The position numbers and the translations under genes were made by a program. A stretch of DNA of 64,000 bases from Candidatus Hydrogenedentota bacterium (GTDB taxonomy: Bacteria > Hydrogenedentota > Hydrogenedentia > Hydrogenedentales > SLHB01). Within the stretch, counting starts at the first letter, position 1; each line of letters opens with the position of its first letter. The stretch lies in assembly GCA_963745075.1 (NCBI GenBank), contig CAVUWV010000012.1, positions 96,001 to 160,000 on the forward strand, written 5' to 3'. The notes below the pieces were generated by a model. That model searched no databases. It was given only the letters and a program-made list of their open reading frames with translations, and was not told the DNA's origin. Positions 39,715 through 49,470 of this stretch are shown here, one piece after another.

Positions 39715-40996
39715 CTAGACAACCGGTTCCCAACCGGGTTCGTACTGGCGTTCCCAATAGGCCATCGCGTCGGCATCGTCGATGATGTGGCCGTTGGTGG
39801 CGTCACAACGTAGCGCGCGACCTGTCCGTTGCGCAATATTGCCGAGATGACACAGCAACGTGCCCGGGTTGTGCAACTCGATTTCCGCGTTTAACAGCGT
39901 GGGATTGTCCTCCCGTATCGCGGTCAGGAAATTGACGATATGTTCGGTATCGCCGCGAGGTCCCTTGTCAGTGCGAATCACCTTATTATTCTTATCGTAG
40001 AAGGTGTATTCGCCTTCGCCCCCAATCGCCAAGGTGCCCTTCTCGCCGTAGAAGTTCACAAAGTCGCTGCCGTATTGGTTACAACTGTGGCCCTGCCACG
40101 CGATCATCTTCTCGCCTTCGAATTCGAAGGCGACCGCGTGCGTATCGGGCGTCTCCTGATCGTCGTCAAAGCAATAGCGACCGCCCGATGACGTGACGCG
40201 GATAGGGAAATCCACACCGAGTCCCCACCGGCAAATATCGAGATAGTGGACGCCATTGTTTCCAAGTTCGCCGTTGCCCCAATGCCAGAACCAGTGCCAA
40301 TTGTAGGGAATCCGATTGTCCATATACGGTTTGCGCGGCGCAGGACCCTGCCACAATTCGTAGTCCAGGTATTCCGGCACGGGAGCGGGTTTGCCGATAC
40401 CAATTGACCCGCGCAAGGCTGGCATAGGTCGCGCGCGACGAGTAGACGCGTCCAATTTCGCCCGCCAACATCATCTCGATGGCGTCCCGAATGGTTGGAC
40501 TGCTGCGCCGCTGGGTGCCGACTTGGACCGCGCGCTTGTTCTTGCGGGCCGCCTCGATCATCAGTTCGCCTTCCCGGGGATTGTGGCAACACGGTTTCTC
40601 CACGTACACGTGCTTACCCGCCGAACACGCGAGGATGGTGGCCGGTGCGTGCCAGTGATTCGGCGTGGCGCAGACCAGCGCGTCGACTTCCTTGTCGTCG
40701 AGAATCTCGTGGAAGTTACCGATGGGTTTCGGCGTCACGCTCCCCACCTTCTCGACTTCTTCCGCGCCTTTTGCCGCGCGTGTCGAGTCAACGTCGCACA
40801 CATAACGGACCTCCACGCCGGGCTGTTGGGCAAATTGCAGGGCCAATGCGCGGCCGCGCGAAAGTCCCATCACGCCCACCACGACGCGTTCGGGCGTGGC
40901 ATTCTCCGCCGCCCGCGCCGACAGCGACGCGGCGACCCCCGCTGCGCCCAGCGCCGTCAAGTCCAGAAACTGCCGTCGGTTTATCGTGTTTTGCAT
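39715..40996 (-). CDS. Tat-exported Gfo/Idh/MocA oxidoreductase with an apparent frameshift near 40416
   Basis: NRRQFL, TPNHWH and GKHVYVEKP in one frame; LDYELWQGPAP and GELGNNGVH.LD in the next frame. Confidence 0.85.
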
Positions 40997-41090
40997 TGGA
41001 GCACCTTCCGTAGTTCAAGGGAGCGTTAATCCCGGGTCGGCATTGAATCTGTCCAATGTAGCGCCTGGTGCCTTTAGCGTCAAACGGACA

Positions 41091-41175
41091 TCGTGGCTTG
41101 GGCAGGATGCCCAAGGAGTCTGGTGAGATGAACAACCACCGCGCAGAGATCTTGGGCAAAATGCCCAAGCCACGA
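41091..41175. repeat. Inverted REP-like doublet (REPIN-like)
   Basis: TCGTGGCTTGGGCAGGATGCCCAAG (41091-41115) and its inverted near-copy (41151-41175); each contains its own hairpin. Confidence 0.7.
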
Positions 41176-41760
41176 GGCGGGGCCGAGATGGACCTTTCCA
41201 ACGGTTCATCTTCCATTTCCGGGCACGGGTGCGCCCGGCCCATTTCGGTTTCGCTCGCGACCGTCCGCGCATTGCCCCCCCTCTGTTTGTGACGAAACAA
41301 GGGGGGTGAGTCCGGAGGCTGGAATCTGGAATGGGGGTGCACCCATTTCTTTGTGACGAAACAAGGGGGGGGTGGCGATTGTGGTCCCCGCGTTCCCCGC
41401 TTTCGCGAGGATGAGGATGACGTGCGGACATTCGGGTGTCCGGGGCGGGCGCGGTGACGTGTTCCATGGGCAGAGTGCTCCCTATAGATATTGCGCGGGG
41501 TGTTGCAGTGGAAGAAGGCTGGAGGTTGCGGTTTTGAAGAACACGGACCTTCACGGACAGACACGGACCTGCACGGATAGAAGAGACGTTGGAGGCTGGA
41601 TCGGAATCCCGCAGTGTGGCGGAGCCGCACCCAGAGCAGGAATGTGTCCGCAGATGGCGCAAATTGTCGCAGATGAAAGCAAGATGGTGAGGGTCCACAG
41701 ATTACACAGATTTTCACAGATTAAGAGGAACGAGAGGATTTGAAATTTGAGGAAGGAATC

Positions 41761-42031
41761 ACTGGGAGCGCCTGGCACCAGCCTGGCGAATGCGGGGACA
41801 GTCTGGCGAGGTTCGGAGGGGGAAATGAAGAAGGTCAGAACAATGGAACGCGGATTTCGCGGATGGTGCGGATTGGCGCGGATCGTTGATTGGGGAGGGG
41901 AGAAGAGGATCACCACGAAGTGCGCGAAGTACACGAAGATTGGGAGGGCTGGAGGCTGGAGGTACTGGGAGCGGCTGGCACCAGCCTGGCGAATGCGGGG
42001 ACAGCCTGGCGAGGTTCGGAGAGGGAAATGA
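41761..42031. repeat. 68-bp direct repeat, 2 copies
   Basis: 41761-41828 and 41964-42031 differ at 3 positions. Confidence 0.85.
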
Positions 42032-42206
42032 TGAATTGGGAATTACGAATTGTGAATGGCTGGGCGGGGTCGGGGTGTAGCAATTACGGTGGAACAGGCT
42101 ATGAATCGGTAGGGTCGCTTCCGTCAGGATTGGGTGGTCTGTCTCGCAATTTCCCTCAACCGATCACGATTTGCTTCTAATTGAGTAGCGCCATACTATC
42201 ATCGCC

Positions 42207-43763
42207 ATGAGCCCATCATTCCCCGAGCATTCGAAGCTGCGCGTGACTCCAACCCTCGTGGGACTCCCGCTGGAAACAGCAATCACTAGTGCCGCCCACC
42301 TCGTAGATGGAGCGTGCGATCATCGTTCCGTCACCGACCTTGAACATGCGTTGGAACTTATTGGCGAGCTTCAAGGTTCATCCATCGAGGCGAAGCACAT
42401 TGCGGAGCTTCACTACTACGCCGCAAATGCGTGGGCGGGACTACGTGCGATTCGATGCCGCGACCGAAAATCCCAATGGGAATGGCGACAATCAGAAATG
42501 GAGAATGAGCTTCTTTCACTTCGCAAGGCCAGCCATTCCGATGGATTTGCTTCGCTGCTTCCGGGACGGCGCGCTCAAATCCTCACGAATACGGGCAATC
42601 TGCTCAACACCATTGGCCGCTCCCTCGAAGCCTTAACAGCATACGACGGTGCATTGCAGCACTTGCCTGCATTCGGAATGGCAATGGCGAATCGGGGACT
42701 CGCACTGAAAACTTTAGCCATGTCACACTACGATGAGGGTCAGGCATGTCTGCTATTGCATCGTTCGTGGCACTGCCTCGTTGGAGCATCGTCAAAGCAC
42801 CTTGAGCCTGGGACGGGCGCGCTCTTCAAGCAGCATGCGGACGAAATTGCATCGTGGCTGTCATCGGCCTTTCTAAACCGCGAGAAACCGGCTCCTCGCG
42901 TTAGCTTGGGAAAGTCGAAGAATGAGCAACAATATCGGCAGTGGGCCCTCCGAGAACGTCTATTCCTCAACCCGCTAATAGGGCTCGGGGCGGAATCCTG
43001 TGCGGCGCGGGATACGCTGAATCTACCGAGCATCGTGAGCAATCTTGACGAAGGGCCGGGCCTATGGGGAATGTTCACTCAAATAAAGCAGGAGTTCGTG
43101 TCCGCTCGGTTCTTGGCATGGGAGGGCATGGCAGCCAAAGGCCGGCATTTTTCCGATCGTGAAACACATCTTGTCGACACACTCGACTATGCCGTCTACG
43201 GTCTCGCCATAGAGAAGATTAAAATGGCATTTCGCATGGCCTATTCGATTCTGGATAAATGCTCGTTCCTTCTGAACAAGTATTTTGGCCTTGGCATTTC
43301 CGATAGGCAGGTCAATCTCAATCGAGTGTGGTTCAGAGGCGGCGATCCAAACAAGGAGCTTAACTCGACGATAGTGGATACGGAGAATTGGCCGCTCAGA
43401 GGACTGTTCTGGTTAGCCCGAGATTTGTACGATCCTCAAGCGTTCGCCGAAGCTGTCGAGCCGGAGGCGAGAGACTTGAAGGAAGTTCGCGATCATCTGG
43501 AACACAAGTACCTCAAGGTGCATGATTTTGTGGTGCCGACACACGGACTGCCTGATGGTCAACGGGATCAATATGCAAGACCCATCGGACGCGGTTCCCT
43601 AGAGGCGAAAACGTTGACCCTTCTTCGGCTTGCCGGATCGGCGATCACCTACCTGTCACTTGGGATTCACGCGGAGGAGAAGATTCGCGAGGGAAAACGC
43701 GAGCCCGGTAGCATCACGCCGCCGATGTTTCTAACGATGGTGCCTGACGATTGGAAGAGATAG
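42207..43763 (+). CDS. LA2681-family HEPN domain protein with N-terminal TPR-like region
   Basis: LFLNPL, IKQEFVSAR, FRMAYSILDK and NWPLRGLFWL motifs; RxxxxH motif RDHLEH(KYLKVH). Confidence 0.8.
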   Translation: MSPSFPEHSKLRVTPTLVGLPLETAITSAAHLVDGACDHRSVTDLEHALELIGELQGSSIEAKHIAELHYYAANAWAGLRAIRCRDRKSQWEWRQSEMENELLSLRKASHSDGFASLLPGRRAQILTNTGNLLNTIGRSLEALTAYDGALQHLPAFGMAMANRGLALKTLAMSHYDEGQACLLLHRSWHCLVGASSKHLEPGTGALFKQHADEIASWLSSAFLNREKPAPRVSLGKSKNEQQYRQWALRERLFLNPLIGLGAESCAARDTLNLPSIVSNLDEGPGLWGMFTQIKQEFVSARFLAWEGMAAKGRHFSDRETHLVDTLDYAVYGLAIEKIKMAFRMAYSILDKCSFLLNKYFGLGISDRQVNLNRVWFRGGDPNKELNSTIVDTENWPLRGLFWLARDLYDPQAFAEAVEPEARDLKEVRDHLEHKYLKVHDFVVPTHGLPDGQRDQYARPIGRGSLEAKTLTLLRLAGSAITYLSLGIHAEEKIREGKREPGSITPPMFLTMVPDDWKR

Positions 43764-43833
43764 GTATAGCTCCTCCGCCCCTGCCCAGGGCGGTGAGTTT
43801 GCGGGGGCGTTTGGGGTAATTTGGCATGGCGGT

Positions 43834-44844
43834 TCACCTTGACTGATCATCATGTTGGTCGTCGACTGCTTCCGTGCCGCCCCAATACCTAGCGACCGTT
43901 TCAGTCACATTGTCATAAGTCGGAAACATATAGGCCTGATTCCTTTTCTCCTTGTAAAGCAGATCCGCCAGTTTCGGAACTTCTCGGTTCGGAAGAGTAA
44001 GTTTTACAAGAACAGGCGGATCGACGGCGACGGACGCGAATACTTGCTGGATCACGTCTTCTAAACACGGCCATTTCTTGTCACGCTCAAAATCCTGATA
44101 TACCTTGTCGTAGTAGGTGAAGACACCATCCTGTGCATGAATGAACTCAAATCCATGGTGGTGCACTGCAAATTCCTTGATGTGTCGGTAGCGCAATCTC
44201 TTGGCCGTAAGTAGATCAAACGCCCACACCGCAATTCGGTCCGGCGGTTGCTCACTACTATCTTTTCTGCAACGCCGCTCTCGGGTCGCAAAATAGGCAG
44301 CTATCAATGGGTCAAGAGTCCAGTCTAATAACATTGTTGGGATGCCGTGGTGTTGAGCGAAAGCCATAGCCTGTGTTGGAAACTTGAAGTGATACTTAAT
44401 CTCGGAAATTGTCTGAACCCGATCAACGTATCGGTCTGAATCGAAGAACCAATCGTCAGGTATGTATAGACCAACGGCATTACACAATGCTCCGAAGTCG
44501 CTCACAGCTTGTAACTGCGCCGCCAAATCGACGATCGCTCGGAAGTCGATTAGCGAGCGATCCCTTTTCGTGCGGTCCCACTCCGCACCGATTTCATTTT
44601 CAAATCTTTCGATTAATTGCTTGTATGGGGGGGTGCGAACATCTTCGCGCCATGCGGGGGGGCGTAACATCCAAGTACTATCTCTATGGCCCCTGAACAG
44701 CCAAGGGCATGTAAGGCCGGGTCCCCACCTTTCGACGTTCGTAATCCGTAGCTCATTGAGAAACTCGTCAGCTCTATCAAGCTGAACGATTTTAATCACA
44801 TTCGAATACGTCGCGTGGATGTCCTGAGCGCTATCAATGCCCAT
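43834..44844 (-). CDS. FRG domain protein
   Basis: WLFRGH, AQHHGIPTMLLDWT.DPLIAAYFA and AQDGVF motifs. Confidence 0.9.
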   Translation of the reverse strand: MGIDSAQDIHATYSNVIKIVQLDRADEFLNELRITNVERWGPGLTCPWLFRGHRDSTWMLRPPAWREDVRTPPYKQLIERFENEIGAEWDRTKRDRSLIDFRAIVDLAAQLQAVSDFGALCNAVGLYIPDDWFFDSDRYVDRVQTISEIKYHFKFPTQAMAFAQHHGIPTMLLDWTLDPLIAAYFATRERRCRKDSSEQPPDRIAVWAFDLLTAKRLRYRHIKEFAVHHHGFEFIHAQDGVFTYYDKVYQDFERDKKWPCLEDVIQQVFASVAVDPPVLVKLTLPNREVPKLADLLYKEKRNQAYMFPTYDNVTETVARYWGGTEAVDDQHDDQSR

Positions 44845-45083
44845 CGTTGTCTACCCCCTTAGCCCCTCTCGTGTCTTTCCTCCCAGATGAGAATATAGGT
44901 CCCCAAATGTGGCGTCAAAACAGCTTTCAGGCACACAACTAGCACACTTTCCCGAAACCTGCCGGATTGCGTGTTACCCCTGTTAGTCTGCAAGCATTGA
45001 AAAGAAAGGGCTTACGCTTAACCGTCCGTATGACTCGGGCCTACACGGACGGAGGACCTTGGGCGGAGGCTGGAGGAAGATGG

Positions 45084-45157
45084 GTCCCCGCGTTCGCGAG
45101 GATGACGGATTGGGCTTCGAGGCGGCCAGGCTGTCCCCGCGTTCGCGAGGATGACGG
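45084..45157. repeat. Two CGTC-type REP-like palindromic elements
   Basis: GTCCCCGCGTTCGCGAGGATGACGG at 45084-45108 and 45133-45157; a degenerate copy lies near 41395. Confidence 0.7.
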
Positions 45158-45321
45158 CCCGGCGGTCCCAGTGGTGCAACGGGGCGCGGCTTATCTATGG
45201 GGGAGGTTTGTGAAATGTGACTTTTGGAGATTGGAATGTTGGACGGTTGGTTGCGCGGGTTGGAGCGGTTGGGATTGATCCGCTGTTTTGCCCTTTCAGG
45301 GCGTTGCTTGGTTCCTCGACG

Positions 45322-45530
45322 CGGATGTAGCGCAGGCGTCCCCGCGTGCAATCCTGACAATTTCCGTGTCCGATCGCGGACTACTTCCCAAGATGAGTTG
45401 GTTGGTGTGAAGAATGCAGGCGAGACGCCTGCGCTACATGGACTGAATCCCAGAGAATGCAGGCGGGGACGCCGGCGCTACATGGACTGAACCCCAAAGA
45501 ATGCAGACGGGGACGCCGGCGCTACATCCG
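45322..45530. repeat. GTAG-type REP-like cluster (1 forward and 3 inverted copies)
   Basis: GTAGCGCAGGCGTCCCCGCGTGCA at 45327; inverted TGCAG(G/A)CG..GACGCC.GCGCTAC at about 45415, 45458 and 45502. Confidence 0.75.
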
Positions 45531-45657
45531 TGACGCATTGCCGATACCCCCTTTTCCAATCCGGGTCGGGTTCCAGGTAGTATGAGTTCCAGTCGCCGCG
45601 ACGAGCTTGCCAAGTGTGCGGGAGCAGGCCGATGCCGGCGATATGGGGGACTTTGGA

Positions 45658-46650
45658 ATGGCAGATACAACAACCGATGCGGGTCGCATACCCACCTTAC
45701 ACATCGAGGCGGATTCGATTCCGCAGGCGCATTTTCGCGCCATGAAGGCGGTCTGGGAACAGGGTATTGCAATCCGAACCGAATACGACCGGAAGGACGA
45801 GCGGGGCGAGTTCATCGATCCGCCCAGCCGCGATGCGCGGGTGCTCATTGAAATCAAGGACCCCTTTGCGCAACCGCGTTTCCCGCCGATGTCCTTTTGT
45901 GAAATCGGCACCTATATCGCCGAGATCATGGGGATTAAAGATCACATGGTGGTCCCCATCGAACAGTTGCGGGAAGGAATCTCCGGCGAGTTATCGGCCA
46001 AGGAGTGGCCGTATACGTACCATCAACGGCTTGCCAGCTATCCCAGTTTGGACGGCGCCGTTGTAGATCAACTCCGGTTGGCCGTGGAACGGGTCGCGAA
46101 GACGCCGCATACGCGCCGTGCCGTGGCCACGACGTCGGTGCCTAACCTGGACCCGTTTCTGAAAGAGGATGTTCCGTGCCTACGCGAAGTGCAATTGCGG
46201 TGTCCGGAAGACGCAGACGGAAACCTCGTGCTGAACATGAACACCATGTGGCGTTCGCGGGACTTGTACAAGGCGTGGCCCGACAATCTGATTGGGATCA
46301 CGTTCTTGCAGAGTGTCTTGGCCCGCGAGATAGCATCGGCGGCCGGGCGGCCCGTTCGGGTGGGCAGTTACGCAGACTACAGCGCGTCCCTGCACATCTA
46401 CGGGCAGGATTTCGGCGCGGTGGGCGGCGATACCCAGCGCGGGTTGCAGAGCTTCTTCGAGACTTTTGACGAGGAGACTTACGTTGCACGTTCGCTGACG
46501 AGCGAACAGGCGCGCGACATGCTCGTCCTGCCGCAATTGCATGACTTTATCGCAGCGCGCAGCGCGGAGCAATGGCGCTTGCCACCGGAAGCCATCGCCT
46601 TGGGCAAGAAGCTGATCGACGAAATGGAATCCGGGGCCGTGTTGCCGTAG
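45658..46650 (+). CDS. Thymidylate synthase-fold protein (archaeal-type ThyA-like)
   Basis: YTYHQRL, TRRAVA, catalytic PC (DVPCL), RSRDLYKAWPDN and SLHIY motifs. Confidence 0.8.
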   Translation: MADTTTDAGRIPTLHIEADSIPQAHFRAMKAVWEQGIAIRTEYDRKDERGEFIDPPSRDARVLIEIKDPFAQPRFPPMSFCEIGTYIAEIMGIKDHMVVPIEQLREGISGELSAKEWPYTYHQRLASYPSLDGAVVDQLRLAVERVAKTPHTRRAVATTSVPNLDPFLKEDVPCLREVQLRCPEDADGNLVLNMNTMWRSRDLYKAWPDNLIGITFLQSVLAREIASAAGRPVRVGSYADYSASLHIYGQDFGAVGGDTQRGLQSFFETFDEETYVARSLTSEQARDMLVLPQLHDFIAARSAEQWRLPPEAIALGKKLIDEMESGAVLP

Positions 46651-46661
46651 GAACGCTCGCC

Positions 46662-47996
46662 TTACAGGCCGCGAACGCCCCAACCCCGGCGGTAGCGTCT
46701 CCGGAGCAGGTCGTTCGCTTCGCTGTAATTCGTGAACCGCAACCACCGGGCGTTCCACTCGAGCGTCTGACCGGGAAAACGGTTCGCCACGTTCGCCAGC
46801 AGGACCGCCTCGGCCAAGGGACCGGCGTATTGGAAATTCGAACCGCACACCCCGTTACCCAGCGCAGCCTCCACGAATTCGTGATAGTGGCTCTTCGGCT
46901 CCAGGTCCGGCTTCGGGTAGTTCTCGAATTTGGCGACCGGGTACAGTTCGGGCGCCTCCACGTGCGGGATGATCAGCGTGCCTTCTTCGCCGATCATCAT
47001 GGAGCCACTGGGCGGCAACGCATAGTCCGCCGGCAGGTGGGACGAGAGGTCTTTCGAGGGCTGTTTCCCGCCGTCCCGCCAAGTGCCGTGGATGGTACGT
47101 CCGGCGGTATATTCAGTACCCGGGAACTCGTACGTCGCGAAGGTCCAGCCGGGATGGACTTCCGGGCTGACGGATTCCGCTTCACACTTGATGTTAAGCG
47201 GCGCACCGATGTTCAACGCGGTAAACACCGGATCGAAGATGTGGCACCCAAAATCGCCGACTGCGCCGCCTCCGAAGTCACGCCAGCGCCGCCACCAGAA
47301 GGGGTGATACACGTCCTGCTTGTAGGGCCGTTCCGGAGCCACGCCGAGCCACAGATCCCAATCGATCGTGGGCGGAATCGGATCGGACCCTTCCGGGCGC
47401 TTTTTGTCATCGGTCGTAAAAATGGCGGAGCACCATGAATGCCACTCTTTCACCTTGCCGATTGCGCCTTCCTGCACCCACTGCACGGCGGTACGGTAGA
47501 ACTCATGCGAGTGGATCTGGTTGCCCATCTGCGTCGCGACGCCTTTCCGGCGTGCGGCGATCGTGACTTTCCGCGCTTCGTATACTTCGTGCGTCAGCGG
47601 TTTTTCGCAATAGACGTGTTTTCCTTTGTGAATCGCCGTCATCGACGCAGGCGCATGGATGTGATCCGGAACGGACACGTTAACAGAATCGATGTTCTTC
47701 TCTTCCTTATCCAGCATCTCGCGCCAGTCGCGATACAAGCGGGCCTTGGGATACGTCTGTGCTGCCTTCTGCAAGCGCTCTTCGTCGATATCGCAGAGCG
47801 CAACGACATCCACCTTCTCACTGCTGAAGATATTTCCTAAGTCATATGCAGCTTGTCCCTGCGTGCCGATGGACGCGTGCTGCAACCGGCTCGAGGGCGG
47901 CGACGCGAGGCTGAGCCGCGGCAGAATGAGCGGACCGGCGACGGTTGCGGCGGAAACCCGTTTGATGAAAGACCTTCGTGTAACTTGCTTTGGCAT
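46662..47996 (-). CDS. Tat-exported Gfo/Idh/MocA oxidoreductase
   Basis: TRRSFI; PDHIH; GKHVYCEKP; TQMGNQ; WR.WRDFG.G..GDFGCH. Confidence 0.92.
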   Translation of the reverse strand: MPKQVTRRSFIKRVSAATVAGPLILPRLSLASPPSSRLQHASIGTQGQAAYDLGNIFSSEKVDVVALCDIDEERLQKAAQTYPKARLYRDWREMLDKEEKNIDSVNVSVPDHIHAPASMTAIHKGKHVYCEKPLTHEVYEARKVTIAARRKGVATQMGNQIHSHEFYRTAVQWVQEGAIGKVKEWHSWCSAIFTTDDKKRPEGSDPIPPTIDWDLWLGVAPERPYKQDVYHPFWWRRWRDFGGGAVGDFGCHIFDPVFTALNIGAPLNIKCEAESVSPEVHPGWTFATYEFPGTEYTAGRTIHGTWRDGGKQPSKDLSSHLPADYALPPSGSMMIGEEGTLIIPHVEAPELYPVAKFENYPKPDLEPKSHYHEFVEAALGNGVCGSNFQYAGPLAEAVLLANVANRFPGQTLEWNARWLRFTNYSEANDLLRRRYRRGWGVRGL

Positions 47997-48201
47997 AGTG
48001 CGTGGCTCCATAAATTCCCACTCAAAGGCATGATGGCGTCTGGGCAGGAGTGCTTCAGATTGCGGTCCGGCACCCAGAATGACCGCCTGACCACACGGCT
48101 GGAATCCAATCTAGCGCATTTGGGGGGCTGCGCTCAATTCGTGGGGTGACTTGCGAAAGGGCGACCAACCTTGCCGTGCCGCAAACAGGACCCGTGCGCG
48201 T

Positions 48202-49200
48202 TCAGTTCCCGACAACTATCGTCCCCATTTGAACGACTTCGAAATCATCACCGACGAGTGTCTTAAGCTCGTTCAGTTCATCGTCGTCCCAGCGCGCGTC
48301 GGGGGCGCCGGAGACGTACCAGTCGCTCCCATTGTCGGCGACGATCATGCCGTACTTCTTCATTGCGCGCAGGATGACTTTGTTGTGCTTGGAGAAACCC
48401 GAGATATCGAAGTCGGCCTTCAGGCGCACGCGCATCCCCATGGGCGGCAGTGACGCGCTTGTGTTGCTGCTGGCATAGTGCCGGGCGGGGTAGACGTAGG
48501 CTCGGCGTGACTGGCTGACCGTGAACCGCAACGCATGGTTGATCTCGCCCTGGCCGTAGACTTCGTCGTAGCGAACCAACCCGGAGAAGATGGGCAGACC
48601 TGCCGCGTCGGCGGAGGTCCAACCCGCGGGGCGAACGTCGTTGGACGTCAAGTCCCAGATGGCACCCGATCCAGCATCGTACGGTTGTCCGGAATGCGCA
48701 GGTGGGTACACGGCGTACAACTCATACAAAAACCAATTGTCCCGGTCAATGATAATCATGTGACGATCCCCACTCGAGTTCGGGCCGCCTTCGATGGGGG
48801 TGTCAGCCGTGATGGGATACGGGCCGGGGTCGCTCTCGTCCGCATAGTCGAAGGTAACCTGCTTGCCTGGGGTGTCACCGGCCACGACGATGTACGGAAT
48901 CCCAAAGGGCCCCCCGTTCCAATTCGCTCCGAAATCGGGGTGTAAATTGTCCCACCGGCCGATACTGTCGATCAGCGTGTTGGAATTGGGATCGACGGGC
49001 ACTGTATCAATCGGCGTGTTCCACGGGTTGTTCTCCGGAAAGACTTGCGCGCCATGAAGATCGGCGTTTATGCCCAGTTCGGGAAAGCCATCGCTGCTGG
49101 GAGGATCGCCATTGTTGGATGGCGGGGGGTTCTGGGCGGGACACCCCAATAAGAAAAACAACACTACGGATAAAAGGATAACGGTGAGAAACCGTGCCAT
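48202..49200 (-). CDS. Hypothetical lipoprotein
   Basis: Lipobox LLGC after a hydrophobic stretch; LHPDFG and WTSADAAGLP..GLVRYDEV motifs; GGAGG RBS. Confidence 0.75.
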   Translation of the reverse strand: MARFLTVILLSVVLFFLLGCPAQNPPPSNNGDPPSSDGFPELGINADLHGAQVFPENNPWNTPIDTVPVDPNSNTLIDSIGRWDNLHPDFGANWNGGPFGIPYIVVAGDTPGKQVTFDYADESDPGPYPITADTPIEGGPNSSGDRHMIIIDRDNWFLYELYAVYPPAHSGQPYDAGSGAIWDLTSNDVRPAGWTSADAAGLPIFSGLVRYDEVYGQGEINHALRFTVSQSRRAYVYPARHYASSNTSASLPPMGMRVRLKADFDISGFSKHNKVILRAMKKYGMIVADNGSDWYVSGAPDARWDDDELNELKTLVGDDFEVVQMGTIVVGN

Positions 49201-49470
49201 CAAAATCCCCTCCCTGACGTTTCCGGCACGGAAAAGCGAGGTCCAATTGGAGTCTACCACAGATTCAGCATCCGTGACGCCCGCGAACCGGCGAATTGTG
49301 GGTAAGTGGTTGAGTTGAGTGGCGCTTCCAGCCAAATGGGCAGGTCGATTTTTCACCGTCACGTTGGGTAAGATGGTTTCGTGACTCGGACGAGGACGGC
49401 GGTATTGGGACGTGGAGAGCAGATTCTTTACAGCAGTGTGTGCAGGTCATGAATTCAAGGGGGGACGGTC

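Noticed and set aside
40788..42180. ORFs of 309, 227 and 127 aa
   Set aside because: They are translations of repeat-rich intergenic DNA with low-complexity, Pro/Arg/Cys-rich composition.
45411..45530. CRISPR array
   Set aside because: Only 3 units with short, mutually similar spacers, an inverted copy upstream and no cas genes; fits REP elements.
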